This document shows positions 39,333 through 47,756 of a DNA stretch of 64,000 nucleotides, in pieces. The DNA is from a virus. A model generated the notes under the pieces. The model worked only from the letters and a program-made list of their open reading frames with translations, searched no databases and was not told the origin of the DNA. Numbering within the stretch: the first letter of the stretch is position 1; every line of letters starts with the position of its first letter. The stretch covers positions 1 to 64,000 of IMG/VR virus record IMGVR_UViG_3300049846_001717; one strand, written 5' to 3'. The position numbers and the translations under genes are program-made.

Positions 39333-39548
39333 TTGGAGCGGGACCGGCTTTTCATTCCGTCAAGGGCTCCCGCTGGACCTGTATATGTGAATGATGGGCG
39401 GTCTTTTGACGGGCCGTTCACAAGAGGCGCCCTGAATCTCGTTACTGAGCCGATTTCACCCATCAAAATGGTGTTCGTATGGTAGTCGGGACCACGCATA
39501 GTGGGCATCGGTCATCCTCCCACAGCTAATCACTACCATACGAACAAG

Positions 39549-39625
39549 TCCGCCCAGTAGGAGTTGAACCTACGTGCAACCAACTAGCCTTTCTACCGTG
39601 TATCAGACGGAGGGCATATGGGCGG
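39549..39625 (-). tRNA. non-canonical tRNA-Ile(GAT), no 5' D arm
   Basis: CCGCCCA/TGGGCGG, CCGT-CTGATAC-ACGG, GTAGG-TTCAACT-CCTAC, A73. Confidence 0.72.
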
Positions 39626-39653
39626 TTATCTGAGTTACATGCGGATATACTTC

Positions 39654-39682
39654 AATCTACTACGATCCATCTTGTGTGGCAA
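39654..39682 (-). promoter_or_regulatory. sigma70-type promoter
   Basis: TTGCCA-17-TAGATT. Confidence 0.55.
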
Positions 39683-39754
39683 GCTCCCACCCGGTTCTGA
39701 CCCGGGCTCTCTGCTTTACCAAAGCAGAATGTCAACCACGATCACTATAGGAGC
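39682..39754 (-). tRNA. tRNA-Thr(GGT)
   Basis: Cloverleaf, atypical T loop. Confidence 0.8.
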
Positions 39755-39773
39755 GTTCGTGAAACCATTGTAA

Positions 39774-39845
39774 AGCTCCATATGGGAGTTGAACCCATTT
39801 ATCCCGCTTACGAGGCGGGTACATCACCCTTTATGCTTATGGAGC
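39774..39845 (-). tRNA. tRNA-Thr(CGT)
   Basis: Cloverleaf. Confidence 0.87.
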
Positions 39846-39915
39846 ATGTGGCTGTGAGATTTTGCACGTTCCCACATTTACTCTCCTCGACTGCTTCTTC
39901 GGAGTACCATCGAAC

Positions 39916-40056
39916 CGCGGGCGTGTTCTGCCATTGAACTATATGTGTACGAGAAGCTGGGCACGGACTGGCACTAAGTATTCCATATTATTCCACACCG
40001 CGTGGCACCGTCTTCAAACTACTCATACGAGGAATTGAACCTCGATCTCACCCTCA
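39916..40056 (-). ncRNA. circularly permuted tRNA-like RNA (T arm before D arm)
   Basis: GGGTG-AGAT-CGAGGTTCAATTCCTCG-TATGAGT...ACACATA-TA-GTTCAATGGCAGAAC-A-CGCCC. Confidence 0.65.
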
Positions 40057-40129
40057 CGCTAACGGTCAGATTCGAACTGACGGCATCCTCATTACAAGTG
40101 AGGTGCATTGGCCTCTATGCTACGTTAGC
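40057..40129 (-). tRNA. tRNA-Thr(TGT)
   Basis: Cloverleaf. Confidence 0.9.
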
Positions 40130-40132
40130 AAG

Positions 40133-40208
40133 TCGGCCCGACTGGAGTTGAACCAGTGTGCACCGTCTAACCTTTCAACCGCTTATCAGGCGGAGGGTAT
40201 ACGGGCCG
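40133..40208 (-). tRNA. non-canonical tRNA-Ile(GAT), no 5' D arm
   Basis: CGGCCCG/CGGGCCG, CCGC-CTGATAA-GCGG, ACTGG-TTCAACT-CCAGT, A73. Confidence 0.72.
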
Positions 40209-40355
40209 GTAGCCGCCTTTTACTGTGGGCCTTCCCACACCGGCTCATGGCCGGAGGTACTCTACGGTTGCCTAATTGGTTGAATGTGGCCAGGTCACTG
40301 ATACGTAGGCACAGCCCTTTCGGGCATCAATACGCACTTCCTCACTGCACATTCA

Positions 40356-40429
40356 TGGACACCACGGGAATCGAACCCGTCACATCGTCATTGCGAATGA
40401 CAATCGCCACCCTTGGTACATTGGCGCCC
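40356..40429 (-). tRNA. tRNA-Ala(CGC)
   Basis: G3:U70. Confidence 0.82.
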
Positions 40430-40499
40430 GAGCCCGCAACCGGCGATGTCCCGGCGAGTTGACCTCCCTTCAACTCTTTCATGCGGCGGATTATTTCAA

Positions 40500-40621
40500 C
40501 GGCGATGGCAGGATTCAAACCTGCATTCGTGTAACTCAAAGCGCTTTGAGAAAGACCATACGGCCACCATGCATAGCAACCGAACGTTCGAACCACGTCT
40601 TATCAGTTAGATGACACCGCC
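40500..40621 (-). ncRNA. tRNA-like RNA with expanded anticodon domain
   Basis: GGCGGTG/CATCGCC, D arm, GCAGG-TTTGAAT-CCTGC, ~65-nt insert. Confidence 0.55.
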
Positions 40622-40624
40622 AAA

Positions 40625-40695
40625 TGGACCGAGTGGGAATCGAACCCACGAGTGCGCCATGCCATGGCGCCAGTTTCCCGTTAGCTTACCGGCCC
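40625..40695 (-). tRNA. tRNA-Ala(GGC)
   Basis: G3:U70. Confidence 0.87.
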
Positions 40696-40715
40696 GAACA
40701 ATGCTTCTAATTTCA

Positions 40716-40786
40716 TGGACCCGGGGAGAATCGAACTCCCATTATCTCGGTGCAAGCGAGATGTCCTCCCATTAAACGACGGGCCC
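40716..40786 (-). tRNA. tRNA-Ala(TGC)
   Basis: G3:U70. Confidence 0.88.
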
Positions 40787-40893
40787 AAATATCTAAACAA
40801 ACTGGACTGCCTTGTGGAACACCAGTCCGCCCTCCATGTTATTTTTCTCGACTTTCATCGGCCACCTATTGATGGGGCAATCCATTTAGACAA

Positions 40894-40968
40894 CGCACCG
40901 TAGAGGAATCGAACCTCTCTATCACTGTTTAACAGACAGTCGTAATCTACCAGACATACCAACGGTGC
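40894..40968 (-). tRNA. tRNA-Asn(GTT)
   Basis: Cloverleaf. Confidence 0.8.
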
Positions 40969-40995
40969 ATAATTCATTACATTTTCTACGGTTAA

Positions 40996-41076
40996 ATCAC
41001 CGGGTGGGAATTGAACCCACGTAGGCTTGCGCCACTGATTAACAGTCAGTTGCCTGAACCATTAGGCTACCGGTGA
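40996..41076 (-). tRNA. tRNA-Asn(GTT) with long variable arm
   Basis: V arm GGC-GCAA-GCC. Confidence 0.85.
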
Positions 41077-41165
41077 GTAACTACCTCTTGACCCCATTAA
41101 ACGATTCGGTTCTAAACCGAGGGAACTCTTGCGAGAAGAAGTACAGATCGTGTGTCGTGTGTAAA

Positions 41166-41375
41166 TGGTGGACCCTGGGATTTCTCAATCCCACAAGTAA
41201 CGTAACCTCGGGACACGACTCCCATTACGGTGCTTGACATGAAACATTCTTGGAGCCCTTAATTCATGTGTCGTGCGACAGTGGAGGCCCGTGTTCAACC
41301 TACTTCAAGGCACGACCCTTGATACAGTGATTGACTCGGTCTTGTAAAATCTTCTTAGGACTCTACACACAGGCC
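41166..41375 (-). ncRNA. unknown ~210-nt RNA with tRNA-like 3' end
   Basis: Ends GGGAT-TGAGAA-ATCCC-AGGGTCC-ACCA. Confidence 0.4.
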
Positions 41376-41378
41376 ATA

Positions 41379-41451
41379 TAACCGCACTCGGATTCGAACC
41401 GAGATTCAGAGGGTCAAAGCCTCTTGTCCTAAACCGTTGGACGATGCGGCA
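41379..41451 (-). tRNA. tRNA-Gln(TTG)
   Basis: Cloverleaf. Confidence 0.87.
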
Positions 41452-41452
41452 G

Positions 41453-41525
41453 TTGCTCTTCTAGGGATCGAACCTAGAGTTTCCTGGGTCAGAGCCAGGC
41501 GTGTTGCCAGTTACACTAAAGAGCA
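41453..41525 (-). tRNA. tRNA-Gln(CTG)
   Basis: Cloverleaf. Confidence 0.9.
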
Positions 41526-41848
41526 AAATGTTCTTTTCTATGACAGTTGGAACATAGTACAATACATTTTTCAACTTCTTGTAAAATTCTTGTCTTACCC
41601 CACGATCCCGCAGAAACCATTGATCCGATGTTACCGTGTTTAATGTTTGGATCTGTATGATGAAAATCTAGACATGCCGGATGTGATTCGGGGCATCGTT
41701 CACATTTCAATGTAGACTTGAATTGTTTCCACCATTCTTGCATTTCCTTACGACGGGTCTGTTTTCTTTGCAAGTACGAATCTTTATTGTTCAGATAATG
41801 TTGTTTGTTATACTGATCTTTCTGTTTTTTGGACCACTTATTTGACAT
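41516..41848 (-). CDS. HNH endonuclease-like protein
   Basis: CERC..CLDFHH..KCIVLCSNCHR; stop lies inside tRNA-Gln. Confidence 0.8.
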   Translation of the reverse strand: MSNKWSKKQKDQYNKQHYLNNKDSYLQRKQTRRKEMQEWWKQFKSTLKCERCPESHPACLDFHHTDPNIKHGNIGSMVSAGSWGKTRILQEVEKCIVLCSNCHRKEHFAL

Positions 41849-41915
41849 AATACTCTCCAATTTTGAGAGGTTGTTATGTATAAGTAGTCTGACCCAAACA
41901 GTTTCAGTCAGATAA

Positions 41916-42101
41916 TTACAACTCACTACATGGGATACAGAATGGTGCTGCGACCTGACGTTTCTTTTCTTCATCGAATCCAACGTCAATGAATTCGATT
42001 TTGTCTTCCGGGATGAAATCCGAACAGTTGACGCAAATCCACGAAATCTGTGATTTACCGTTTTCGATGACCTGCTTCACATTGCGTTTACGAACCAACA
42101 T
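41916..42101 (-). CDS. small Zn-finger-like protein
   Basis: CVNC...CIPC. Confidence 0.55.
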   Translation of the reverse strand: MLVRKRNVKQVIENGKSQISWICVNCSDFIPEDKIEFIDVGFDEEKKRQVAAPFCIPCSEL

Positions 42102-42125
42102 ACGACCTTTCTACGTTAAAGTTGA

Positions 42126-42201
42126 TACCAGTGATGGGTGCCGACCCCATTTCAATTCCGCTTATGAGGCGGACGCCGATGCCGACCGGCTTCCCACTGG
42201 C
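42126..42201 (-). tRNA. tRNA-Met(CAT), atypical T loop
   Basis: TCCGC-CTCATAA-GCGGA. Confidence 0.75.
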
Positions 42202-42238
42202 GTAATGCTATTCCACCCAGGGTATTGCAGAGTAACAG

Positions 42239-42318
42239 TGGTGTGGGAGGGATTCGAACCCACAGGCCGAAGCGCCGGTTTTACAGACCGGTGTTAATTC
42301 CAACATAACTTCCACACC
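42239..42318 (-). tRNA. tRNA-Tyr(GTA)
   Basis: Cloverleaf, V arm. Confidence 0.87.
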
Positions 42319-42519
42319 ATAGATATGTGAGTGCAGTCTCGTTCACCAGTTCCCTGCACTTTCGTTTCACACGTTACGTCACTACAAAGAGTGATGGATT
42401 TTGTTTTCTCACGTTCTCAGAGGAGTATCAGTCCTCTGAGTGCTAAGACATATGACACAACCTACTCTCTAGAATTCCTTTGTGCCACTTCCGGTTCCAT
42501 CAACCGGTCGTCTTGTGTG

Positions 42520-42747
42520 TTGAATTACGTGGTGATGATCCCTCGTTACGAATCGCACGTAACATTGCAATTTAGATGAGTCGCCACCGTCAATCAACTA
42601 GTATGTACGCTGAAAGTGGCCAGCATTTATTTGGTCTGCACATTTAAGACTCTCGCCCAAACTACTTCCCGGCCTTTGCCGCCTTACGGGTATCTCCGGT
42701 TTTCGCCTCATCACCTAGTCATTGCCCAGGTATACTACGTAATTCAA
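42520..42747 (-). ncRNA. unknown structured RNA (~228 nt)
   Basis: Closing helix TTGAATTACGT/ACGTAATTCAA, inner GGTGATGA/TCATCACC. Confidence 0.5.
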
Positions 42748-42748
42748 G

Positions 42749-42821
42749 GGTGATATACCGGTATCGATCCGGTACTCGCGGAGTCACAGTCCACTGTGCA
42801 GGCCACTACACTAATATCACC
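42749..42821 (-). tRNA. tRNA-His(GTG)
   Basis: G-1:C73. Confidence 0.88.
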
Positions 42822-42932
42822 ATAGGTGCAACCCCTAGGCCATCAGTTATTCACCGGCTGGGATGACTCCGCGCAGTGCCGGTCCAGATGCTCTCGTTGT
42901 CAGGGTTGCTGGAGAGCCCACGCTATGCTACA

Positions 42933-43006
42933 TGCTTCGGCTGAGATTCGAACTCAGAAGACTTCCGATTAAGAGTCGGATGCTTTACCTGATAAGCTTA
43001 CGAAGC
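42933..43006 (-). tRNA. tRNA-Lys(CTT)
   Basis: Cloverleaf. Confidence 0.87.
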
Positions 43007-43045
43007 GTAGGAAGGTTGTTTACGGTCTAACCTACAAAGACCACA

Positions 43046-43119
43046 TGCCTCGGGTGGGACTCGAACCCACAACTTACCGCTTAAAAGGCGGCTACTCTGC
43101 GCTATTGAGTTACCAAGGC
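43046..43119 (-). tRNA. tRNA-Lys(TTT)
   Basis: Cloverleaf. Confidence 0.9.
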
Positions 43120-43123
43120 GTTA

Positions 43124-43195
43124 TGCTTCCGGCCGATCCTGACACGGCAACGTGCTGTTTAAAAGACAGCTGTGATTCCTTTTCACCACGGAAGC
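43124..43195 (-). tRNA. tRNA-Lys(TTT), atypical T loop
   Basis: GCTGT-CTTTTAA-ACAGC. Confidence 0.72.
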
Positions 43196-43401
43196 GCTGG
43201 TGCCTCAATGTCGCGGTCACGTTGAGGCGCCGTGAGTGTGCAATATTGCATTTCTGGGACCGCTCACACACGGTCGTGCAATACTGTCCGCTGCTTCTTC
43301 GATTAACCAGTTTTGATGCCCGAAATAAATCCGACGTTCGTTATAGGAACGTTCGGGAAGCAGACTATCGACCTGAACAGAAGTCGGCTCGTACTGCCTA
43401 A

Positions 43402-43473
43402 TGCCCACGGAAAGATTCGAACTTTCTCGGAGAGTTTCGTAGACTCTAATGCTATCCGTTACATCACGAGGGC
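43402..43473 (-). tRNA. tRNA-Arg(ACG)
   Basis: Cloverleaf. Confidence 0.88.
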
Positions 43474-43509
43474 GTTGACGGTGTTTAGTGTGGTTCGCCG
43501 TCACCACTC

Positions 43510-43538
43510 AATATACAACATCTGTCTTCAGTTGTCAA
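43510..43538 (-). promoter_or_regulatory. sigma70-type promoter inside tRNA array
   Basis: TTGACA-17-TATATT. Confidence 0.65.
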
Positions 43539-43555
43539 GTAGCAAACTTCAAAAG

Positions 43556-43641
43556 CGGAAACGATAGGAATTGAACCTACAAGTGCTTATTAGGCACCGA
43601 CTGTTTTCGAGACAGCTTATCGCACCAATGATCGCGTTTCC
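43556..43641 (-). tRNA. tRNA-Ser(CGA)
   Basis: Cloverleaf, long V arm. Confidence 0.87.
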
Positions 43642-43755
43642 AGATTGCAGCAACAAGCACCAACTTTGTATGCATCCGGTGTGCATACCCTTTAATTCGG
43701 CTCCCGTCAGGGGTTGGTTAAAGCTCGACGCCCTCCCCATTCTTGTTACTACAAA

Positions 43756-43842
43756 CGGAAAGTAAGGGATTCGAACCCTTTCCCCGAATTAACGGGGCTG
43801 GTTTAGCAAACCAGTGTAGCGCACCGACTCTACCGACTTTCC
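43756..43842 (-). tRNA. tRNA-Ser(GCT)
   Basis: Cloverleaf, long V arm. Confidence 0.9.
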
Positions 43843-43844
43843 TT

Positions 43845-43884
43845 CGCCCGAAGAGGGACTTTCACCCTCTCTTTCCGTTCGGGC
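43845..43884 (-). ncRNA. tRNA minihelix-like RNA
   Basis: GCCCGAA/TTCGGGC + GAGGG-TGAAAGT-CCCTC + G73. Confidence 0.45.
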
Positions 43885-43894
43885 AGGACGGAAG

Positions 43895-44059
43895 TTACTT
43901 TGTAGCTACCCGTTCTGCGTGCTGACACGCTTTACGATATGCCTCTACGGCTCGTTTGATTCGTTTTACATCTTCCGGCTTTGCAAACTCGTCGATCATC
44001 GTATAGATTTTCTTACGCGCCACAACTGCCTTATGTACTGCCTGCTCTCCGGCGGTCAT
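43895..44059 (-). CDS. hypothetical protein (54 aa)
   Basis: Hand translation MTAGEQAVHKAVVARKKIY...; GAGG SD. Confidence 0.55.
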   Translation of the reverse strand: MTAGEQAVHKAVVARKKIYTMIDEFAKPEDVKRIKRAVEAYRKACQHAERVATK

Positions 44060-44158
44060 ACAACCTCATTAAGTTGGAGTCCAGAACGAGTTGCGGTCAT
44101 GAGCCTTCTCGTATCTCCGCTCGATGGAGCGGTATTCTTCATTTAAACTATCCGGACA

Positions 44159-44230
44159 TACCCTCGGAGGGAATTGAACCCCCTATACTTGGTTCGAAGC
44201 CAAGCGTGATATCCGGTCCACTGCGAGGGC
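44159..44230 (-). tRNA. tRNA-Arg(TCG)
   Basis: Cloverleaf. Confidence 0.87.
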
Positions 44231-44268
44231 GTAGTTTGTTACACTTTGATCAAAACGTTCACCTACAA

Positions 44269-44343
44269 CATGTCCGACAGGATTCGAACCTGCAACAACT
44301 CGTTTTGGAGGCGAGCACCATTAGCCAGTTTGGTTCCGGACAT
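44269..44343 (-). tRNA. tRNA-Trp(CCA)
   Basis: Cloverleaf, G73. Confidence 0.87.
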
Positions 44344-44579
44344 ATACTACGATGGGAGGCGGGCTGGGCACGGGCCGTCAATCGATGCGTCCATCGACGG
44401 TGAGCATTCGCGAAAATACTCACTTCCCGATATTAGTTTGTAACGTACAACACCGTCCCGACACTCCACTAACTTTGAGACGCGTCCACACTCGGACCAC
44501 AAGGCATAGCTGGGGTCGCATCGCCTTGACGGGGAGTAGGCACCCCGTTCTCGTCTCCACTGCGGATCTTACGATCCAG

Positions 44580-44655
44580 AGCCGCTAACCGGATTCGAAC
44601 CGGTACTTCTACATTGGCAATGTAGCGTGCTCAATCCGTTGAACACTATAACGAC
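44580..44655 (-). tRNA. tRNA-Gly(GCC)
   Basis: Cloverleaf, U73. Confidence 0.82.
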
Positions 44656-44662
44656 TTACTTA

Positions 44663-44734
44663 CGGTGTATGCGGGTATCGATCCCGCTTCCTTCCCGTGA
44701 CAGGGGAAGATCCTAGCCAGTAGACGAATACACC
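44663..44734 (-). tRNA. tRNA-Asp(GTC)
   Basis: Cloverleaf, G73. Confidence 0.88.
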
Positions 44735-44742
44735 AACGTATC

Positions 44743-44793
44743 AAAAAACAAGAAACCCCATTCACGGTTTTCAAGGCCGGTGAAGGGGGTTTC
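44743..44793 (-). terminator. intrinsic terminator/attenuator hairpin just before tRNA-Asp
   Basis: GAAACCCC-C-TTCAC..GTGAA-T-GGGGTTTC + TTGTTTTTT. Confidence 0.8.
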
Positions 44794-44817
44794 GGGAAAA
44801 CTTCGGGCGGTTACTGC

Positions 44818-44940
44818 TTAGTTTGCGCCGCCACCCATCCCATCCCCTTCGATTGTATCTTCAATACTGCGCGTACCGAAGGCTTGCTTCGATGCGGGCA
44901 TTGTATTGACTTTATACTGCCAAGTGGTATGGGTAAACAT
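44818..44940 (-). CDS. putative attenuation leader peptide (40 aa)
   Basis: MFTHTTWQYKVNTMPASKQAFGTRSIEDTIEGDGMGGGAN*; 3' codons complementary to terminator 5' arm. Confidence 0.7.
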   Translation of the reverse strand: MFTHTTWQYKVNTMPASKQAFGTRSIEDTIEGDGMGGGAN

Positions 44941-45021
44941 AGGGAAATCCTAGGAGTTGGGTGATTCTGGACTATACATAGTGAGCACGTTCAGAAAACG
45001 GTCACTTTCTTCATATGGTGA

Positions 45022-45050
45022 AGTCTAACACATCGGCCGCCGTTTGGCAA
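45022..45050 (-). promoter_or_regulatory. sigma70-type promoter for leader/tRNA array
   Basis: TTGCCA-17-TAGACT. Confidence 0.65.
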
Positions 45051-45067
45051 GCGTCAGTTTTAACTAG

Positions 45068-45140
45068 TTGGCCCGGAGGGATTTGAACCCCCGCACTTTC
45101 CATTATGAGTGGACCGCTCTGACCGCTGAGCTACGGGCCA
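45068..45140 (-). tRNA. tRNA(CAT), probably Ile2 (lysidine type)
   Basis: Cloverleaf, Ile-like acceptor. Confidence 0.82.
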
Positions 45141-45143
45141 ATA

Positions 45144-45506
45144 TCACCCGATTGGAATATTCGGGGATTTGGATTTGAGTACGTCAATGACACGATCAAA
45201 GCCCCATCGACCGAACATGATGCCACAACATAGGAACAACAACCAGAACATCGGCCAGGTCCAGACCTCATCCATATTACGAACAGACCGAACGATGCCG
45301 GTAAACAACACCGTACATGAAATGCCAAATGCCATCATTTTCGTCGCACTGGGCCGCCCATCAGTTCCGAGCAGGTCCGCGAGGGCCAAGATTTGACGCC
45401 ATCGGGCGTAGATCCATCGAAACACCGGACCGCCACGACTATATGGTCGTTGTACGGAAGGTACTTCAATGGTCTGTTGTCCAACTGGTCGATAGGTCAC
45501 GTTCAA
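45144..45506 (-). CDS. two-TM membrane protein (holin-like?)
   Basis: Two hydrophobic helices. Confidence 0.5.
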   Translation of the reverse strand: MNVTYRPVGQQTIEVPSVQRPYSRGGPVFRWIYARWRQILALADLLGTDGRPSATKMMAFGISCTVLFTGIVRSVRNMDEVWTWPMFWLLFLCCGIMFGRWGFDRVIDVLKSKSPNIPIG

Positions 45507-45544
45507 CTCCCGTGTGGGGAATGTAACCGACTATGACCGTTTTA

Positions 45545-45635
45545 TACTCCCGGTGGGACTCGAACCCACATATTGCGTATCTCAGACGCTGACCGTATCA
45601 TAAGTACGGGGGCTTAACCATTAACCGACAGGAGC
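45545..45635 (-). tRNA. tRNA-Ile(TAT) with long variable arm
   Basis: CCGTA-CTTATGA-TACGG, V arm GCGT..ACGC. Confidence 0.82.
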
Positions 45636-45646
45636 GTACATCCATA

Positions 45647-45675
45647 AGTATACCCTATGGATGATTATTTGGCAA
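45647..45675 (-). promoter_or_regulatory. sigma70-type promoter
   Basis: TTGCCA-17-TATACT. Confidence 0.6.
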
Positions 45676-45707
45676 GCGTGGATTTTCTAGCCATGTCCAG
45701 CTTGTCA

Positions 45708-47330
<1,623 letters not shown>

Positions 47331-47359
47331 TTAGAAACCTTTGAGGGAAGTAATACTGA

Positions 47360-47388
47360 AATCTATATTACCAGTTGTTATCTGGCAA
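47360..47388 (-). promoter_or_regulatory. sigma70-type promoter for groL
   Basis: TTGCCA-17-TAGATT. Confidence 0.55.
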
Positions 47389-47743
47389 GAGCAGTGATGT
47401 ATTCGAACTGTGCTTTGTTTTCGATAATCACCGTTCGCTGCTTTACATCGAACTTCATCGGAAACAATTCACCTGACGGCACAACGATGGTAGTTCGGGC
47501 TTTCGTTGGTCGAGATACCTTGTTATTTCGTCGATATTTGTAGTAACTACTCTTCATCGTTGCAATTCGCTTCGTCTTGTTGTCTTCCGAAACGTTATAG
47601 AGACCTGACTTGACTGGATTGTTGAGAATGCCGGTGACGAATTTATCGACTACGTCTTCGACTGATTGATTATCAGCCCGCGCATCCACCAACTTGTAAA
47701 TCACATCCATATCTTCGTGAGCAACTCTTGGCTTCTTTTTCAT
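47378..47743 (-). CDS. hypothetical protein
   Basis: ORF track. Confidence 0.55.
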   Translation of the reverse strand: MKKKPRVAHEDMDVIYKLVDARADNQSVEDVVDKFVTGILNNPVKSGLYNVSEDNKTKRIATMKSSYYKYRRNNKVSRPTKARTTIVVPSGELFPMKFDVKQRTVIIENKAQFEYITALAR

Positions 47744-47756
47744 TGAAATGATTGGA

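Noticed and set aside
39916-40056. Canonical Y RNA
   Set aside because: No Ro60-binding terminal stem discernible and no Ro gene in window; kept only as permuted tRNA-like
43845-43925. Full tRNA with TGC anticodon
   Set aside because: Acceptor does not pair and the 5' part is the end of a 54-aa ORF; minihelix reading fits better
26264-45635. CRISPR array suggested by recurring 'ttcgaacc'
   Set aside because: These are tRNA T loops; no constant repeat-spacer periodicity
26264-45635. tRNA-associated HDV-like (theta) or hammerhead ribozymes
   Set aside because: Could not identify a convincing catalytic core by eye; needs a motif search
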